Assembly: GCA_963845145.1 (NCBI GenBank)
Contig: CAWJQU010000002.1
Location: 288,001-352,000 of the forward strand
Source of the DNA: an uncultured delta proteobacterium
GTDB lineage: Bacteria > Desulfobacterota > Desulfobacteria > Desulfobacterales > QNYZ01
DNA: 64,000 bases
Direction: 5' to 3'
Shown here: one piece after another, positions 10,188-20,516 of the stretch
How the letters are laid out: every line of letters starts with the position of its first letter
How positions within the stretch are numbered: the stretch's first letter is position 1
The notes under the pieces: generated by a model
What the model saw: only the letters and a program-made list of their open reading frames with translations
What the model was told of the DNA's origin: nothing
The model's database searches: none
Program-made: the position numbers and the translations under genes

Positions 10188-10607
10188 ATGACTAACTCAA
10201 ATTGGGCCCTCATTTTCATCTGCTGGTTGGTTGCCGCTATCTCGACTTTGGGGAGTCTGTTTTTCAGTGATGTGATGGACCTTCCACCGTGTGCATTATG
10301 CTGGTATCAGCGTGTATTCATGTTCCCGCTTGTCATCATTTTAGTGAGTGGGCTGTTTCCCCTTGATAAAAAAATTACCCGGTATGCCCTTCCTTTGGCC
10401 GTCTGCGGATGGGCGGTTGCCTTTTACCATTACCTCCTTTATTCCGGATTTATTCCGGAAAGGATCCAGCCCTGCAGGCAAGGCGTATCATGTACCGAAA
10501 CCTACCTGGATTTATTTGGCTTTTTGACAATTCCCATGCTATCATTACTAGCCTTTTCCATCATTATCGTATTGCTGTTTGTGGTTAAAAGGAGAACGCT
10601 CAGATGA
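10188..10607 (+). CDS. dsbB: Disulfide bond formation protein DsbB/BdbC family
   Basis: PCALCWYQR, second Cys pair (PC..GVSC), four TM segments, TIPMLS. Confidence 0.92.
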   Translation: MTNSNWALIFICWLVAAISTLGSLFFSDVMDLPPCALCWYQRVFMFPLVIILVSGLFPLDKKITRYALPLAVCGWAVAFYHYLLYSGFIPERIQPCRQGVSCTETYLDLFGFLTIPMLSLLAFSIIIVLLFVVKRRTLR

Positions 10608-11254
10608 AAAAACATCATATCGTTTTATTCTCAAGCGCCGTGCTTATCCTTGTTTTTGCCCTTGGCATTTATATGTATAAAAACAAACAAAAAGAGAAAT
10701 TTGATTTCCTGGCCCAGGAGAAAGCGTCGCTCTTTATCAGGGATTATTCGCAAATACTCGGAGACGATGATGCCAGAGTGTACCTTGTAAAATTTACCGA
10801 TCCGGCCTGCGAAACCTGTGGTGCATTTCACCCTTTGGTTAAAAAACTAATGGCGAAACACCCGGGTAAAATTAAACTGGTCCTGAGATATGCCCCATTT
10901 CATAAAGGCGCCGACTACATGGTTAAAATATTAGAAGCAGCAAAAAATCAGGGAAAATATTGGGAAACCTTGGATATTATGTATAAGACCCAAAGTCATT
11001 GGGCCAGTCATCATAACCCCCAACCTCAATTAATTTGGGAATTTCTCCCAATGGTCGGGTTAGACGTGGATAAGATAAAAAGCGACATGAAGAACCCTGA
11101 ATTTGAAAAACGGATCAAACAAGACCTGGCCGATGCCCAAACACTTAATGTTAAAAAAACACCCGGCTTTTTTGTAAACGGAAAGCCACTAATCAACTTC
11201 GGCTATAAACAACTTCAAGCGCTAGTGGAGGCGGAAATCAAAGCGAATTACTGA
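10604..11254 (+). CDS. DsbA/BdbD-family thioredoxin-fold oxidase
   Basis: FTDPACETC, TPGFFVNG, N-terminal anchor; 4-bp overlap with dsbB. Confidence 0.88.
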   Translation: MKKHHIVLFSSAVLILVFALGIYMYKNKQKEKFDFLAQEKASLFIRDYSQILGDDDARVYLVKFTDPACETCGAFHPLVKKLMAKHPGKIKLVLRYAPFHKGADYMVKILEAAKNQGKYWETLDIMYKTQSHWASHHNPQPQLIWEFLPMVGLDVDKIKSDMKNPEFEKRIKQDLADAQTLNVKKTPGFFVNGKPLINFGYKQLQALVEAEIKANY

Positions 11255-11277
11255 TATTGATGAAGGAGAGCTGATAG

Positions 11278-12342
11278 CTATGAAAGCAAAAGGGCTTTAA
11301 ATTTTCCGGGATTCTCCATGTACATTTTTATTGATTCCATATAGCCTCTCTGTTCAACAATACCGATGCCTCTTTTCAAGTGATGATATCTATCAAATTT
11401 CTCTTTTTTCTCCAGATCCGTTTCAACAAAGTCTCGGATTCTGTTTTCCAGATATTCATCAATCACTTCCGGAATCAGGGCATGAACCAATCCACCGACG
11501 ATGGCCTCTTCCACAGAAATCCAATCATCAACGATGGCTTCGACTTCTTTTACGGTCTTGGCCGACTTTTTAATTAGACTCTCTTTGATCCCCCTCTCCG
11601 TATATTCTCTAAGGGCAATGTGAAGTGTCTCTTCAGCGGGTACCATTAATGCGGTATAAGGATTCCTGGCGCTGTTTTGCCATATGGTATACTTGTTTCT
11701 TTTAAATTCAAACTCGCCGTCTTCGCGCATATGAATATCGGATCCGTAAGACCCTACAGTCCCATCAAAAGACCTTCCACTTAACTCAACCTGTAACTTC
11801 TTCCCCTCTGGATTTGAAAAAACATAAGTGACGAAAGATTCCTTAATGATATTATGAACTAAAAAAGCGGTGATACCATCTTCATCAGAGATTTCGGGTT
11901 TTTCTTGAAGCAGGGTTTGAATCTTTCGATAAGGATTCTTCAGTTTCGTTTTATCCAGAATATGGGTGATGACAGTTTTACAATAGCTTTCATAAAGCGT
12001 AGCATACTCTTTTCTTATTTCAGGCACATACAACAACCGATGGGAGATTTTGGCAAGTTTCCACTGTATTTTCGTACTTTCTAAACCGGTAGAAATTGTT
12101 TCCAATAAACCCGGTTGCCCGTTGAGATAGTCTAAATATTCTCCTTGCTCAGCCACATCAAGTTCGGATTCAAAATCGTTAAATGGATAGAATGGTTCTG
12201 TTTTATCCTCCAGCATGATCAGCTCCACTAACCGGGAATAATCACCGGGTTGATCGGGGGATCCCAATGCCATGCTGGTTATTGTGAAAAAAAAGATAAT
12301 GGTAATCGTAGCTTTACCCGAATAATATCTTCTTCTTTTCAT
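11278..12342 (-). CDS. Hypothetical exported protein
   Basis: Long ORF with basic N-terminus plus hydrophobic signal; start uncertain (12342 or 12384). Confidence 0.75.
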   Translation of the reverse strand: MKRRRYYSGKATITIIFFFTITSMALGSPDQPGDYSRLVELIMLEDKTEPFYPFNDFESELDVAEQGEYLDYLNGQPGLLETISTGLESTKIQWKLAKISHRLLYVPEIRKEYATLYESYCKTVITHILDKTKLKNPYRKIQTLLQEKPEISDEDGITAFLVHNIIKESFVTYVFSNPEGKKLQVELSGRSFDGTVGSYGSDIHMREDGEFEFKRNKYTIWQNSARNPYTALMVPAEETLHIALREYTERGIKESLIKKSAKTVKEVEAIVDDWISVEEAIVGGLVHALIPEVIDEYLENRIRDFVETDLEKKEKFDRYHHLKRGIGIVEQRGYMESIKMYMENPGKFKALLLS

Positions 12343-12804
12343 TCGCGACCTGCCATATGCCATTTTGTCTGGGTGGCATTTCATGAAAAATTTTTAGAAT
12401 TACTAAAAAGTGTAATTACCATTGACCCCTATTTGAACGACTGGTAGCGATATTTTCATCAAGTGGTTCACCGTTCCATCGCGCATAAGTGATCGTAAAG
12501 TTAATGTTTATTCAACAATGATTGCTATCCAGGCTCTTTCGGAAATGATTTAACCTGCTTTTCCCGGAAAATTTAAACAGACCGTTAAAGTGATATTCTA
12601 GCAAATTTTATGCCGATAAGGGTTTGCGCATAATAAGTTTGTCATTTTAGGTGATGAGGCGCCACTAAGGTAAGGCGTGTAAGTGTTGACATATAGAGAA
12701 ACAGCGGACTTCCTCAAAGTAACCAGGCGGGATGAATTGGCGTTTAAGAAATAGGGGCGGCTCAACCGCTTGCCACAGCGAAGGAGCCGCATTGAATCGC
12801 TTTT

Positions 12805-13422
12805 TTAGGCTTTGGGTATCGGACGAGTCTCACTAACCGGCGCACCCTCATAGGGTGTCCATTTGCTTGTTTTTAGCTGGCTTGGATCCCGCATTGTTTT
12901 CAGAATTTCGATACTCGTTTTCAAACCACGATTGGCTCGGCACAAGTCCATGGCCATGCCGGTGATTTGAGCAACCGACTGGACAAAGTTGACATCATCG
13001 ATGGTAAACTCCCAGGGTTCGGAGGTATACACCCGTAACGCGCCTATCGCTGTTTCTTGAATCACAATCGGCACCGACATGATGGAAGCGATCCCCTCTT
13101 TTTTGGCTGCTTCGGGGTATTGAATACGTGGATCATCGGAAACATCGTATATAGCTACGGGTCCCTCTTTTAATGAATCGGCGATCGATTCCAACGCACT
13201 CACCGGCCCCTTATTGATGTATTCATCGCTCAGGCCGAAAGAGGCTGCGACCTTCAATACATTGGTTTTACGATCAACCAAAAAGAGTGAGCAACCCTTT
13301 GCTTCCATAGCCGACTTAACCGCTTCAACTGTTACCAAGACGATCTCCTCGGGATCTCGGGTCGAACTTATCGCGTTTGTAATTTTTAGCAGCGTATCAT
13401 AGCTGATTAGTTTTTTTTCCAT
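12805..13422 (-). CDS. Stand-alone GAF domain protein
   Basis: GCSLFL, AASFGLS, DVSDDPR, SIMSVPI, IGALRVY, EFT.DD; RBS AAGGGG. Confidence 0.9.
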   Translation of the reverse strand: MEKKLISYDTLLKITNAISSTRDPEEIVLVTVEAVKSAMEAKGCSLFLVDRKTNVLKVAASFGLSDEYINKGPVSALESIADSLKEGPVAIYDVSDDPRIQYPEAAKKEGIASIMSVPIVIQETAIGALRVYTSEPWEFTIDDVNFVQSVAQITGMAMDLCRANRGLKTSIEILKTMRDPSQLKTSKWTPYEGAPVSETRPIPKA

Positions 13423-13592
13423 TACGCCCCCTTTTATTTATGTCACAATTAAAGGTTTCTAAATTGTGGAAACGGCTTTAATTTCCGAACATTGGGGAAA
13501 CTTTCGCAAAAGACTTACCGTCGAAAAAAAACTTGGAAATTACTAAAGACATAACCGGTTATCAAAATAATAAGGTGGGTAATCAACCGATT

Positions 13593-13636
13593 AAAAACAA
13601 AAGCCTCCTGGAGAATCGTAGCATCTCCGAGGAGGC
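13593..13636 (-). terminator. Intrinsic terminator
   Basis: GCCUCCU(C)GGAGA...UCUCCAGGAGGC followed by UUUUGUUUUU on the minus strand. Confidence 0.75.
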
Positions 13637-13698
13637 CCTAAAATGGCAGTTTCATGAGAACCTTTTCCATGGCAATTCGCCTTTGGATAGGTGTTTGA

Positions 13699-13750
13699 TT
13701 GCAGGAAGTTCCTGCAAGGAATAATAAACCAAGACGAATTGCAATGTCAA
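13699..13750 (-). promoter_or_regulatory. sigma70 promoter with a 19-bp palindromic operator over the start site
   Basis: TTGACA-N18-TATTAT (13750-13721); TTGCAGGAA-G-TTCCTGCAA at 13699-13717. Confidence 0.55.
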
Positions 13751-13763
13751 ACATTATAATCTC

Positions 13764-13790
13764 TAAAGTTTTCAGACAAAATGTCGATAC
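13764..13790 (+). promoter_or_regulatory. sigma28 (FliA) promoter of the MCP gene
   Basis: TAAAGTTT-N11-GTCGATAC versus consensus TAAA-N15-GCCGATAA. Confidence 0.7.
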
Positions 13791-13949
13791 AAGAAATACG
13801 GGTTACAGAAAGTTAATTTCTTTGCCATAAAAAACATTGAGAAATGATCCAATTTTCAAACACTTTCAACTCGCCGCCTTCGCTTTTGGTATGGTCGCCA
13901 TTAGAAAGTAATGAAAAGAAACAACCCTACAACTAAAAGAAAGGATCTT

Positions 13950-15581
13950 ATGCCAACCCCGCAATCAAAAACATCCCGGTTTGGAATTTCATTTAAGACC
14001 TCTGTGGCGAGCGGTTTGACTATTTTGATATTGTTGGTAATTAGCAGCGCTGTATCATTGCATATGGAATCCGGTCTGGTTTCATACCTTACCGGTCTTC
14101 ATATTGACAGCGTGAAGGACTCCATCGACCAGCGAGCTCAAAATGAAAAAAAAATACTTAGCGAAAATATGCGGGTTAATGCCAACATCTGTTCGGGAAT
14201 CGCCGCCAAGTCTTTGTATGATTTCGATGAAATTGGATTGGCCCAAACCCTCGGACCATATATGAAACTACCTGCTATTTTAGCCATTCAGGTGGTCGAC
14301 CATAACCAGAAACCTTTTTTAGCACTCTGGAAGGCACCGGAAATAAAATCGGCAAATACCCTGCCTGATGATATTAAAATAACAGAAGACCTTTCCTGGA
14401 GTGCAGACGCTATTTTTGAGAAAAACAAAGTAGGTATGGTTCAGATATTTTTTACGGAAATGCATGTAAATGCACAAATCCTTGAAAACCGAAAAATAAT
14501 GGATTCAGAAATCGCTTCATTTCAATTGGCCGCCGACCAAGGGCATCGGCGCGCTCTTATCCAACAAGTATCCATTAACTTTGCAGTGATTTTTCTTTTG
14601 GTATCTATCATCACTCTATGTCTGAAAATTGTTGCAACTAAGCCCTTAAATCGTATCATAGAAGGACTGCGTTCTACTTCCGGAGAGGTCGCATCAGGGT
14701 CGAAACAAATCGCCATAGCGAGCCAGAGTCTGGCAGAATCGGCTTCTGAACAAGCTGCTGTAATTGAGGAAACCTCTGCCACAATGGAAGAGATATCCGC
14801 AAGGGCCGAACAAAATACTAGAAGTGCCGATAAAGTGAACCAAATTATGAGTGAAGAGGCCACTGCTAATTTCGAGCGAGTGCAAGAACGAATGGAAAAA
14901 ATGAAATCCGCCATCGATGCCACGGTTAAATCGAGCCAGGAGACGGCAAAAATCATAAAAGCTATTAATGAAATCGCCTTCCAAACGAACCTTCTTGCGT
15001 TGAATGCTGCCGTGGAAGCTGCCCGTGCCGGTGAAGCCGGATCTGGGTTCGCAGTGGTAGCCGATGAAGTACGTAATCTGGCAATGCGATCCGCTGAAGC
15101 AGCCACCAGCACAAGTGCTCTTATTGAAAATGCTGAGAACCGTATCAACGAAACGAGCCAGCTCAGCCAACAGGTAGTAGAAGTCCTGGGAGATAACAGT
15201 GTCATCGCCCAGAAGGTAACAGTGTTGGTCGGGGAAATCGCAGAGGCGTCTAGAGAGCAGGCCAATGGGATAGAACAGGTCAACCAATCGACTTCGGAAA
15301 TGGATCGCGCCATTCAAAGTAGTGCTGCCAGTGCCGAAGAGTCGGCCTCGGCATCCCAGGCAATGAGCGCACAAGCATTAGAAATGGAACTATTTGTGGA
15401 AAATTTGGCCACAATCGTAAAAGGCTCGAGTCAACGAGAAACGGGCCTGGAGGCAGAACCCGTCTTAAATGAAGGTGGCAGAGCAAGCCGTAGACAAAAC
15501 AAGCACCCTCGCCGATGGTTGGCCGGAATCGCGCGAAAAACGACCGGGCATGCATTGTCGCCTGCCCATACAGGTAAATAA
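13950..15581 (+). CDS. Methyl-accepting chemotaxis protein
   Basis: Two TM segments, periplasmic domain, hairpin [34 protein letters not shown]. Confidence 0.95.
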   Translation: MPTPQSKTSRFGISFKTSVASGLTILILLVISSAVSLHMESGLVSYLTGLHIDSVKDSIDQRAQNEKKILSENMRVNANICSGIAAKSLYDFDEIGLAQTLGPYMKLPAILAIQVVDHNQKPFLALWKAPEIKSANTLPDDIKITEDLSWSADAIFEKNKVGMVQIFFTEMHVNAQILENRKIMDSEIASFQLAADQGHRRALIQQVSINFAVIFLLVSIITLCLKIVATKPLNRIIEGLRSTSGEVASGSKQIAIASQSLAESASEQAAVIEETSATMEEISARAEQNTRSADKVNQIMSEEATANFERVQERMEKMKSAIDATVKSSQETAKIIKAINEIAFQTNLLALNAAVEAARAGEAGSGFAVVADEVRNLAMRSAEAATSTSALIENAENRINETSQLSQQVVEVLGDNSVIAQKVTVLVGEIAEASREQANGIEQVNQSTSEMDRAIQSSAASAEESASASQAMSAQALEMELFVENLATIVKGSSQRETGLEAEPVLNEGGRASRRQNKHPRRWLAGIARKTTGHALSPAHTGK

Positions 15582-15592
15582 GGAGATATATC

Positions 15593-16360
15593 ATGACGCA
15601 TGTTAAAGAACAAAAAATGGGAATTCCTGACTGGAAAAGGATAATGACAATCGCCATCATGGCTATACTGGCCCAATTGGGGTTAGGCGATTCTCCAGCG
15701 GAGGCCATAGATATGAAGGCCAGTTTGGCGCAGATGCCCGTCTATGCCGAAAGTGTGGATAAAGGTGTTCTCGTAGATTTTGTTAAAGCCTTGGGTAAAG
15801 CCGCCGGCAAAGAGATAGAAATGCAAGTGGTTCCATTCAACCGCTCCATGAATGATGCCGTCAAAGGAAATGTGGATTTTCACGTGCCGTTGATCAAAGC
15901 GGATAATGTTGACGAAAGCACTCTTGATTACCTGCATTCAACAGAAACAATATTTCATGTTAATTTTGTCCTTTATACGAATAAAAGCAAAATGTTAGAT
16001 ATAGACAAAATGAAAGATTACCGGATTGAAACGGACCTTGCTCACGTTAAATACTTTAATTTTCCCGTTACCGGATCATCCAACATTGTCAGTAGCTTGA
16101 AAAAAGTCAACGCTGGACGTATCGATGGGTTCATATTTGCCGATTTTGCTTCCGACCCAATTGTCAAGAATGAGGGGTTAGGTGACTTGCAGCGATCTCT
16201 TTACAAAATTTTTGATGTGAAAATCATTCTGCCTAAAAACGAAAAAGGCAAAGCCACAGACGCTTATTTGACCGATACCATCGCCAAACTTCGGTCCGAT
16301 GGAACATTTAGTCAAATTATGAGCGCCATTGACAAGCCTTACAACGACTGGCAACCCTAA
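15593..16360 (+). CDS. Periplasmic solute-binding protein (family 3/PBP2-like)
   Basis: Signal peptide (AEA), VPFNRS, GRIDGFI, LRSDGTF. Confidence 0.8.
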   Translation: MTHVKEQKMGIPDWKRIMTIAIMAILAQLGLGDSPAEAIDMKASLAQMPVYAESVDKGVLVDFVKALGKAAGKEIEMQVVPFNRSMNDAVKGNVDFHVPLIKADNVDESTLDYLHSTETIFHVNFVLYTNKSKMLDIDKMKDYRIETDLAHVKYFNFPVTGSSNIVSSLKKVNAGRIDGFIFADFASDPIVKNEGLGDLQRSLYKIFDVKIILPKNEKGKATDAYLTDTIAKLRSDGTFSQIMSAIDKPYNDWQP

Positions 16361-16438
16361 TGAGTGAATCCTACCGGGCATGGGCCGCAACCGTGGATCA
16401 CATGCCCATGCCCACGCGTAGGTATTTTTCCGGTTGCT

Positions 16439-17290
16439 TCAATCGGTATCATCCACTACCCGATTTTCCAAAGGAGCAAAACCTGTAATCTCACACCGGG
16501 CCCTGTCTCCGGGATGGATGGCACAAGCACCCGGCGTGCCGGTCGAAATCACGTCCCCGGGCTCCAAAGTCATGACATGGGAGTGGTAATGCACGAGATC
16601 CAGGGGGCCGAAGGTCATGTTCGATACGGTATTGGACGCCTGCGTTTTCCCATTGACCACCGTGCGAACGGTGAGCCCCTCAAGGTCGTCGATTTCATCT
16701 GCTGTGATGACTTCCGGGCCAAAGCTGAAAAAAGTGTTGAAGCTCTTGGCACGCGTCAGATAGCGGGGGTTTTGCTTCAAAATATCCAGGGCGGTCATGT
16801 CGATAATAGTGGTAAAACCGAAAATGGCTTCACGTGCTTCATTTAAAGAAATTTTGTGACATGTTTTTCCTATGATAATACCCAGTTCACCTTCTGCCGT
16901 CACTTCCCGGGCCAGCTTTGGGAGCCTGATTGCCTCTCCCGGTCCTATCACCGCTGTAGCCGGCTTCATGAAACTGGCCGGCTGCTCCGGTGTTTTTTCA
17001 TTCAAATCAGCCGCGTGATCCTGATAGTTAAGGCCGATACCCCAAATTTTACCGGGCCGCCGCAAGGGCGGACCGAAACGTACCGCCTCTTTGCCGATGG
17101 CTGCAGAATTTTCCATCACGGCTAGAGCCGATTTTATTGCCGAAAGGCAATCACCGGCAATCAAATCTCCGAGAATTTCCGGAAAACGCGTTTTGGCCCC
17201 GGCATTGATCCTGCAGATAGGAATCCACCCTGTTTTGCCCAATACCGCAGCCTGTTCCCGGCCTTTTATTACAATAGTGGCAAAACGCAT
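16439..17290 (-). CDS. Fumarylacetoacetate hydrolase family protein
   Basis: KIWGIGLNY..HA, FMKP, EGEL, DMTA, AKSF, GDVISTGTP. Confidence 0.93.
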   Translation of the reverse strand: MRFATIVIKGREQAAVLGKTGWIPICRINAGAKTRFPEILGDLIAGDCLSAIKSALAVMENSAAIGKEAVRFGPPLRRPGKIWGIGLNYQDHAADLNEKTPEQPASFMKPATAVIGPGEAIRLPKLAREVTAEGELGIIIGKTCHKISLNEAREAIFGFTTIIDMTALDILKQNPRYLTRAKSFNTFFSFGPEVITADEIDDLEGLTVRTVVNGKTQASNTVSNMTFGPLDLVHYHSHVMTLEPGDVISTGTPGACAIHPGDRARCEITGFAPLENRVVDDTD

Positions 17291-17376
17291 ACAAATTACC
17301 TCCTGTTTTCATCTCTTTTTCTATTGAAGCTCAATACAGAAGCTGCCCCAAGTCCGATCTCTACAACCGGGATCAT

Positions 17377-18276
17377 TTATTGTTGGAGATCGTAGCCGCG
17401 CGCTTCCAGGTGCGCAACAATCCGAAACAGGTGTTCCAGCGTTTTCTCGTCTGCCTGGGGGCCTGGGTGACGAACCACAGCTGTCTTGATAGCCCCTCGC
17501 CGGACCAGGATGTGCTTGCGCATGGAGACGCCAATACCTGTTTGAAACTCGAAGCGAATCAAGGGCAGGATGTCATAGAACAATGTTGCGGCACCGTCGA
17601 CGTCACCGATCTTATACTTCCGGTACAGTTCAACCAGAAGCTCCGGATAGGCGAATCCGGTCATCAACCCCACGGCCCCGCGATCCAACTCCTCAAAAGC
17701 GAACAAGCCGCCCAACGCACCGAACACCTTTAGCCCGGGACCGGGGTTTCGCTGAAGGGCAGCCATTTTCGGCCCGGTAGGAGGATCCTCCAGCTTTATA
17801 TATTCAACATGCGGGCACTCATTGAACAACCGCGCAATAAGATCGGCCGACATCAATATTTTGGTTTCCGCCGGAAAGTCGTGAATAATGATGGGAATGT
17901 CGACGGCAGCAGCGACCCGCTGGTAGTAAACGAAAATTGTGTCATCATTCTGAACCGGTGGCGGGCCCACCAACAAGGCATCGGCGCCCAATTCCTGCGC
18001 TTCAATAGCCCATGCCACGGCTAGATCCGTAGCCAAAGCCCGAACACCCACAACCAGCCCCAAACCCTTTGGAAGCGTATCCTTAAATGTTCTCACCACT
18101 AATGTACGTTCACGCTCATTTAGCTTATGGCCCTCGCCCAGAACCCCCAGCACGGCCAACCCCTGAACCCCGCGTTGGGCCATGAAAAGTGTTAAACACT
18201 TGATTCCGGTGACATCGACCTCGCCCGAATGATTAAATGGCGTCGGGACGATGGGGTAGATTCCTTCTATCTTCAT
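17377..18276 (-). CDS. Dihydrodipicolinate synthase (DapA/NAL) family aldolase
   Basis: GIYPIVPTPF, LGVLGE, GADALLV, Schiff-base Lys in YIKLED. Confidence 0.9.
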   Translation of the reverse strand: MKIEGIYPIVPTPFNHSGEVDVTGIKCLTLFMAQRGVQGLAVLGVLGEGHKLNERERTLVVRTFKDTLPKGLGLVVGVRALATDLAVAWAIEAQELGADALLVGPPPVQNDDTIFVYYQRVAAAVDIPIIIHDFPAETKILMSADLIARLFNECPHVEYIKLEDPPTGPKMAALQRNPGPGLKVFGALGGLFAFEELDRGAVGLMTGFAYPELLVELYRKYKIGDVDGAATLFYDILPLIRFEFQTGIGVSMRKHILVRRGAIKTAVVRHPGPQADEKTLEHLFRIVAHLEARGYDLQQ

Positions 18277-18583
18277 TGCAATTTTTCTCCAACCGTTTTG
18301 CCCGCTAAAAACCCATTGGCCGTTTTCCATATCAGGGATCAGAGTCCCATCTGGGTTTTAATAAAGAGTAAAATGATAACATGCTTTATTGAGTGACGGG
18401 TAATTTTTATTTTGCCCTGTTGTTTTACATCTGTGAAGTTAAATTCACAATCCCTTTTTAATTATAACCTAAACTACACAATCTCCGATAATTTTTATTA
18501 TTAGAATTCATCCAGATTCTATTATGAAGTTTTATATTACTGTATTTATTATAATTTATTTTTTTTACGCCCTAAGCCAATTT

Positions 18584-18599
18584 TGGCATGATGCATGCG
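18584..18599 (+). promoter_or_regulatory. sigma54 promoter of the PEP-CTERM gene; candidate enhancer TGTGAA-N6-TTCACA at 18432-18449
   Basis: TGGCATGATGCATGCG (GG-N10-GC); dyad about 140 bp upstream across an AT-rich spacer. Confidence 0.7.
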
Positions 18600-18681
18600 A
18601 TATACATTCAAAATATCTTTTAAATTATATTCCATTTGGAAGGTTCTACAGAAAAACTTTTAAGAGAGGAGATTTTTGAAG

Positions 18682-19350
18682 ATGAAAAAATTTACAAAGA
18701 CACTTTCATTGTTGGGCGTATTTTTATTAATTGCAGCAAATGCCTGGGCGACTACCATGGCCGGGGATGACGGTTAGAATGGATTGCTGGTGATTTTAGT
18801 GTCGACCCGGCGGCATGAATCAAATGACAATCGTGAGTGATTCTAAGGCACAATAGGTGAGCTTATGCTGCTTTTGCTTCGAAATCATGAGTATATTTTG
18901 TCTGGGAACAACCTATGAAGTTGATTCTGTGAGCTGAATATGCCACTGGCGGAAATGGTAATCCTTATTATACTGAACGAGCAGGATCCCAATTACCCAG
19001 AAACAATCAAATGGCTATATGCCTCTTATCAGACAGGACAATTTTGATCAACTGAGTAATGCCATGAAGTAAACCAAGTCAGAAGCCATCTGGCATTGGA
19101 GAGTGAAGATTGAGGCTCTGTTAGCTGATGGGATACACTTAACCGGTCAATATGCATATAATGGAAATTACTCTGTTAGATGGTTGGGATATTCGGAGTC
19201 GTAAATCTTTTGAGATATGAACAAGGAAATTGATGTACTCAGAGTCAACTGGTTGGAGCGGCCCCGGTCCCTGAGCCCGCCACGATGCTGCTATTAGGTA
19301 CAGGATTGATTGGCATGGCTGGTATGGGACGACGCCGTCTTAAAAAATAG
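18682..19350 (+). pseudogene. PEP-CTERM sorting-domain protein, middle broken by many indels and stops
   Basis: RBS GAGGAG; signal peptide MKKFTKTLSLLGVFLLIAANAWA; intact C-terminus QSQLVGAAPVPEPATMLLLGTGLIGMAGMGRRRLKK*. Confidence 0.88.
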
Positions 19351-19380
19351 TTTGTACAAAGATAGAACCAATATTTTAAA

Positions 19381-19410
19381 AAGGGCGAGGCTTACCTCGC
19401 CCTTTTATTA
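19381..19410 (+). terminator. Intrinsic terminator
   Basis: AAGGGCGAGG-ctta-CCTCGCCCTT then TTATTA. Confidence 0.8.
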
Positions 19411-19435
19411 TTCCAGCAGCACCCCTTATCCCATT

Positions 19436-19802
19436 CTCACTTCAAACGGTCCTTTTTTATAAAACCGGTCGAAAATATCGCTGAATCCATCTGCCAGTTC
19501 AGTTGAGTGGGCTTTGGCTTCGGAAAATCAGCCAGGCGATGACCTTCAGTTAAATGAATGCGCAGATGTCGAAATTGACAAGTTTTTAAACGGTTATTCG
19601 ATACGATCTGTCAATTCAGTGCAGGCAAGCAAACGATACCCGACAAGGTCAATTCCAAGCTCTTCTTTCATTTCACGAGCAATACATTCAAAGGAGACCT
19701 CGTCCGGTTCGACGTGCCGTCTGGGCATATCACATGTGCCTGGATAGGGAGATTGTGGGGACATCATCATGCTTCAAGAGCAACACTTCTTGATGTTCAT
19801 TG
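19436..19802 (-). pseudogene. Degenerate, 5'-truncated copy of the NUDIX gene at 20517-20945
   Basis: Colinear shared blocks (ataaaaccggtcga, gttaaatgaatgcgc, tcttctttcatttcacga, caatacattcaaagg) with many substitutions and indels. Confidence 0.9.
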
Positions 19803-19816
19803 GGCCCACGGCTGAC

Positions 19817-20104
19817 CTATAACTTGGAGCAATCCACCGGCCAGATTGAGCGGAGCACGCGATTCAAACCGATGACAGCATCTTTGGAACAATATAGGTG
19901 ATTAAGCGTATAAAAGTGATTGAGTACGCCAATGGCTTGATTTGTCTGACGCAAGGTGCCGACCTTATTATTATTTAACACCGCTTTAGCTTTGGGGAGT
20001 AGATAAGGACAATTGTCTACTTTCATTACGCCTTCGATACAAACGCGACAACTCTGATTAGCCAACTGCACAATATTTTCGAGCGAAAGAGGGTTGAGTT
20101 CCAT
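19817..20104 (-). CDS. Small hypothetical protein (95 aa, CxxC)
   Basis: AGAGGA RBS before ATG (MELNPLSL...); no family recognised. Confidence 0.45.
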   Translation of the reverse strand: MELNPLSLENIVQLANQSCRVCIEGVMKVDNCPYLLPKAKAVLNNNKVGTLRQTNQAIGVLNHFYTLNHLYCSKDAVIGLNRVLRSIWPVDCSKL

Positions 20105-20516
20105 TCGCGTCCTCTTAATAAATGTAAAATAACCAATTAGCCGGCGTGTACCTAACAGGCAAAGCAACGCTGCTGGGTTTCAAAGTCTTTGAATTCGACC
20201 GATTGTCACCTCGATGTTCTCTCCACCATTTTACCCCCCTGTGGCGGCACAATTACCATCAATATTCCATTGATTCATTTGAATAAATTGATCATTTTGG
20301 ATTCGAACCTTATCATGCTTAGATTCATATTTTTCATGGCAGAAAAATCTCTATCTGTCAAGTTATTACTTTAGCGTATATTGGTATATAAATTACGTAT
20401 AAATTTTTTAGATGAAGATATGCAGATGAACTGGAAGGTACCCATTCCGGCTTATTTATATTTCAAAGTTTGGTGCCTGGCCGCTTTGCAACCCAAACAA
20501 CTGGAACCCATATTAT

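Noticed and set aside
12645..12800. Fluoride or other riboswitch (GGTGATGAGG...)
   Set aside because: Required pairing and downstream motifs are absent; the GCGGCTC/GAGCCGC stem is better explained as the GAF gene's 3' hairpin.
14522..15374. Long antisense ORFs over the MCP (similarly 31661-32623, 36732-37268, 60346-61077)
   Set aside because: Shadow frames of well-supported genes, with no motifs or RBS.
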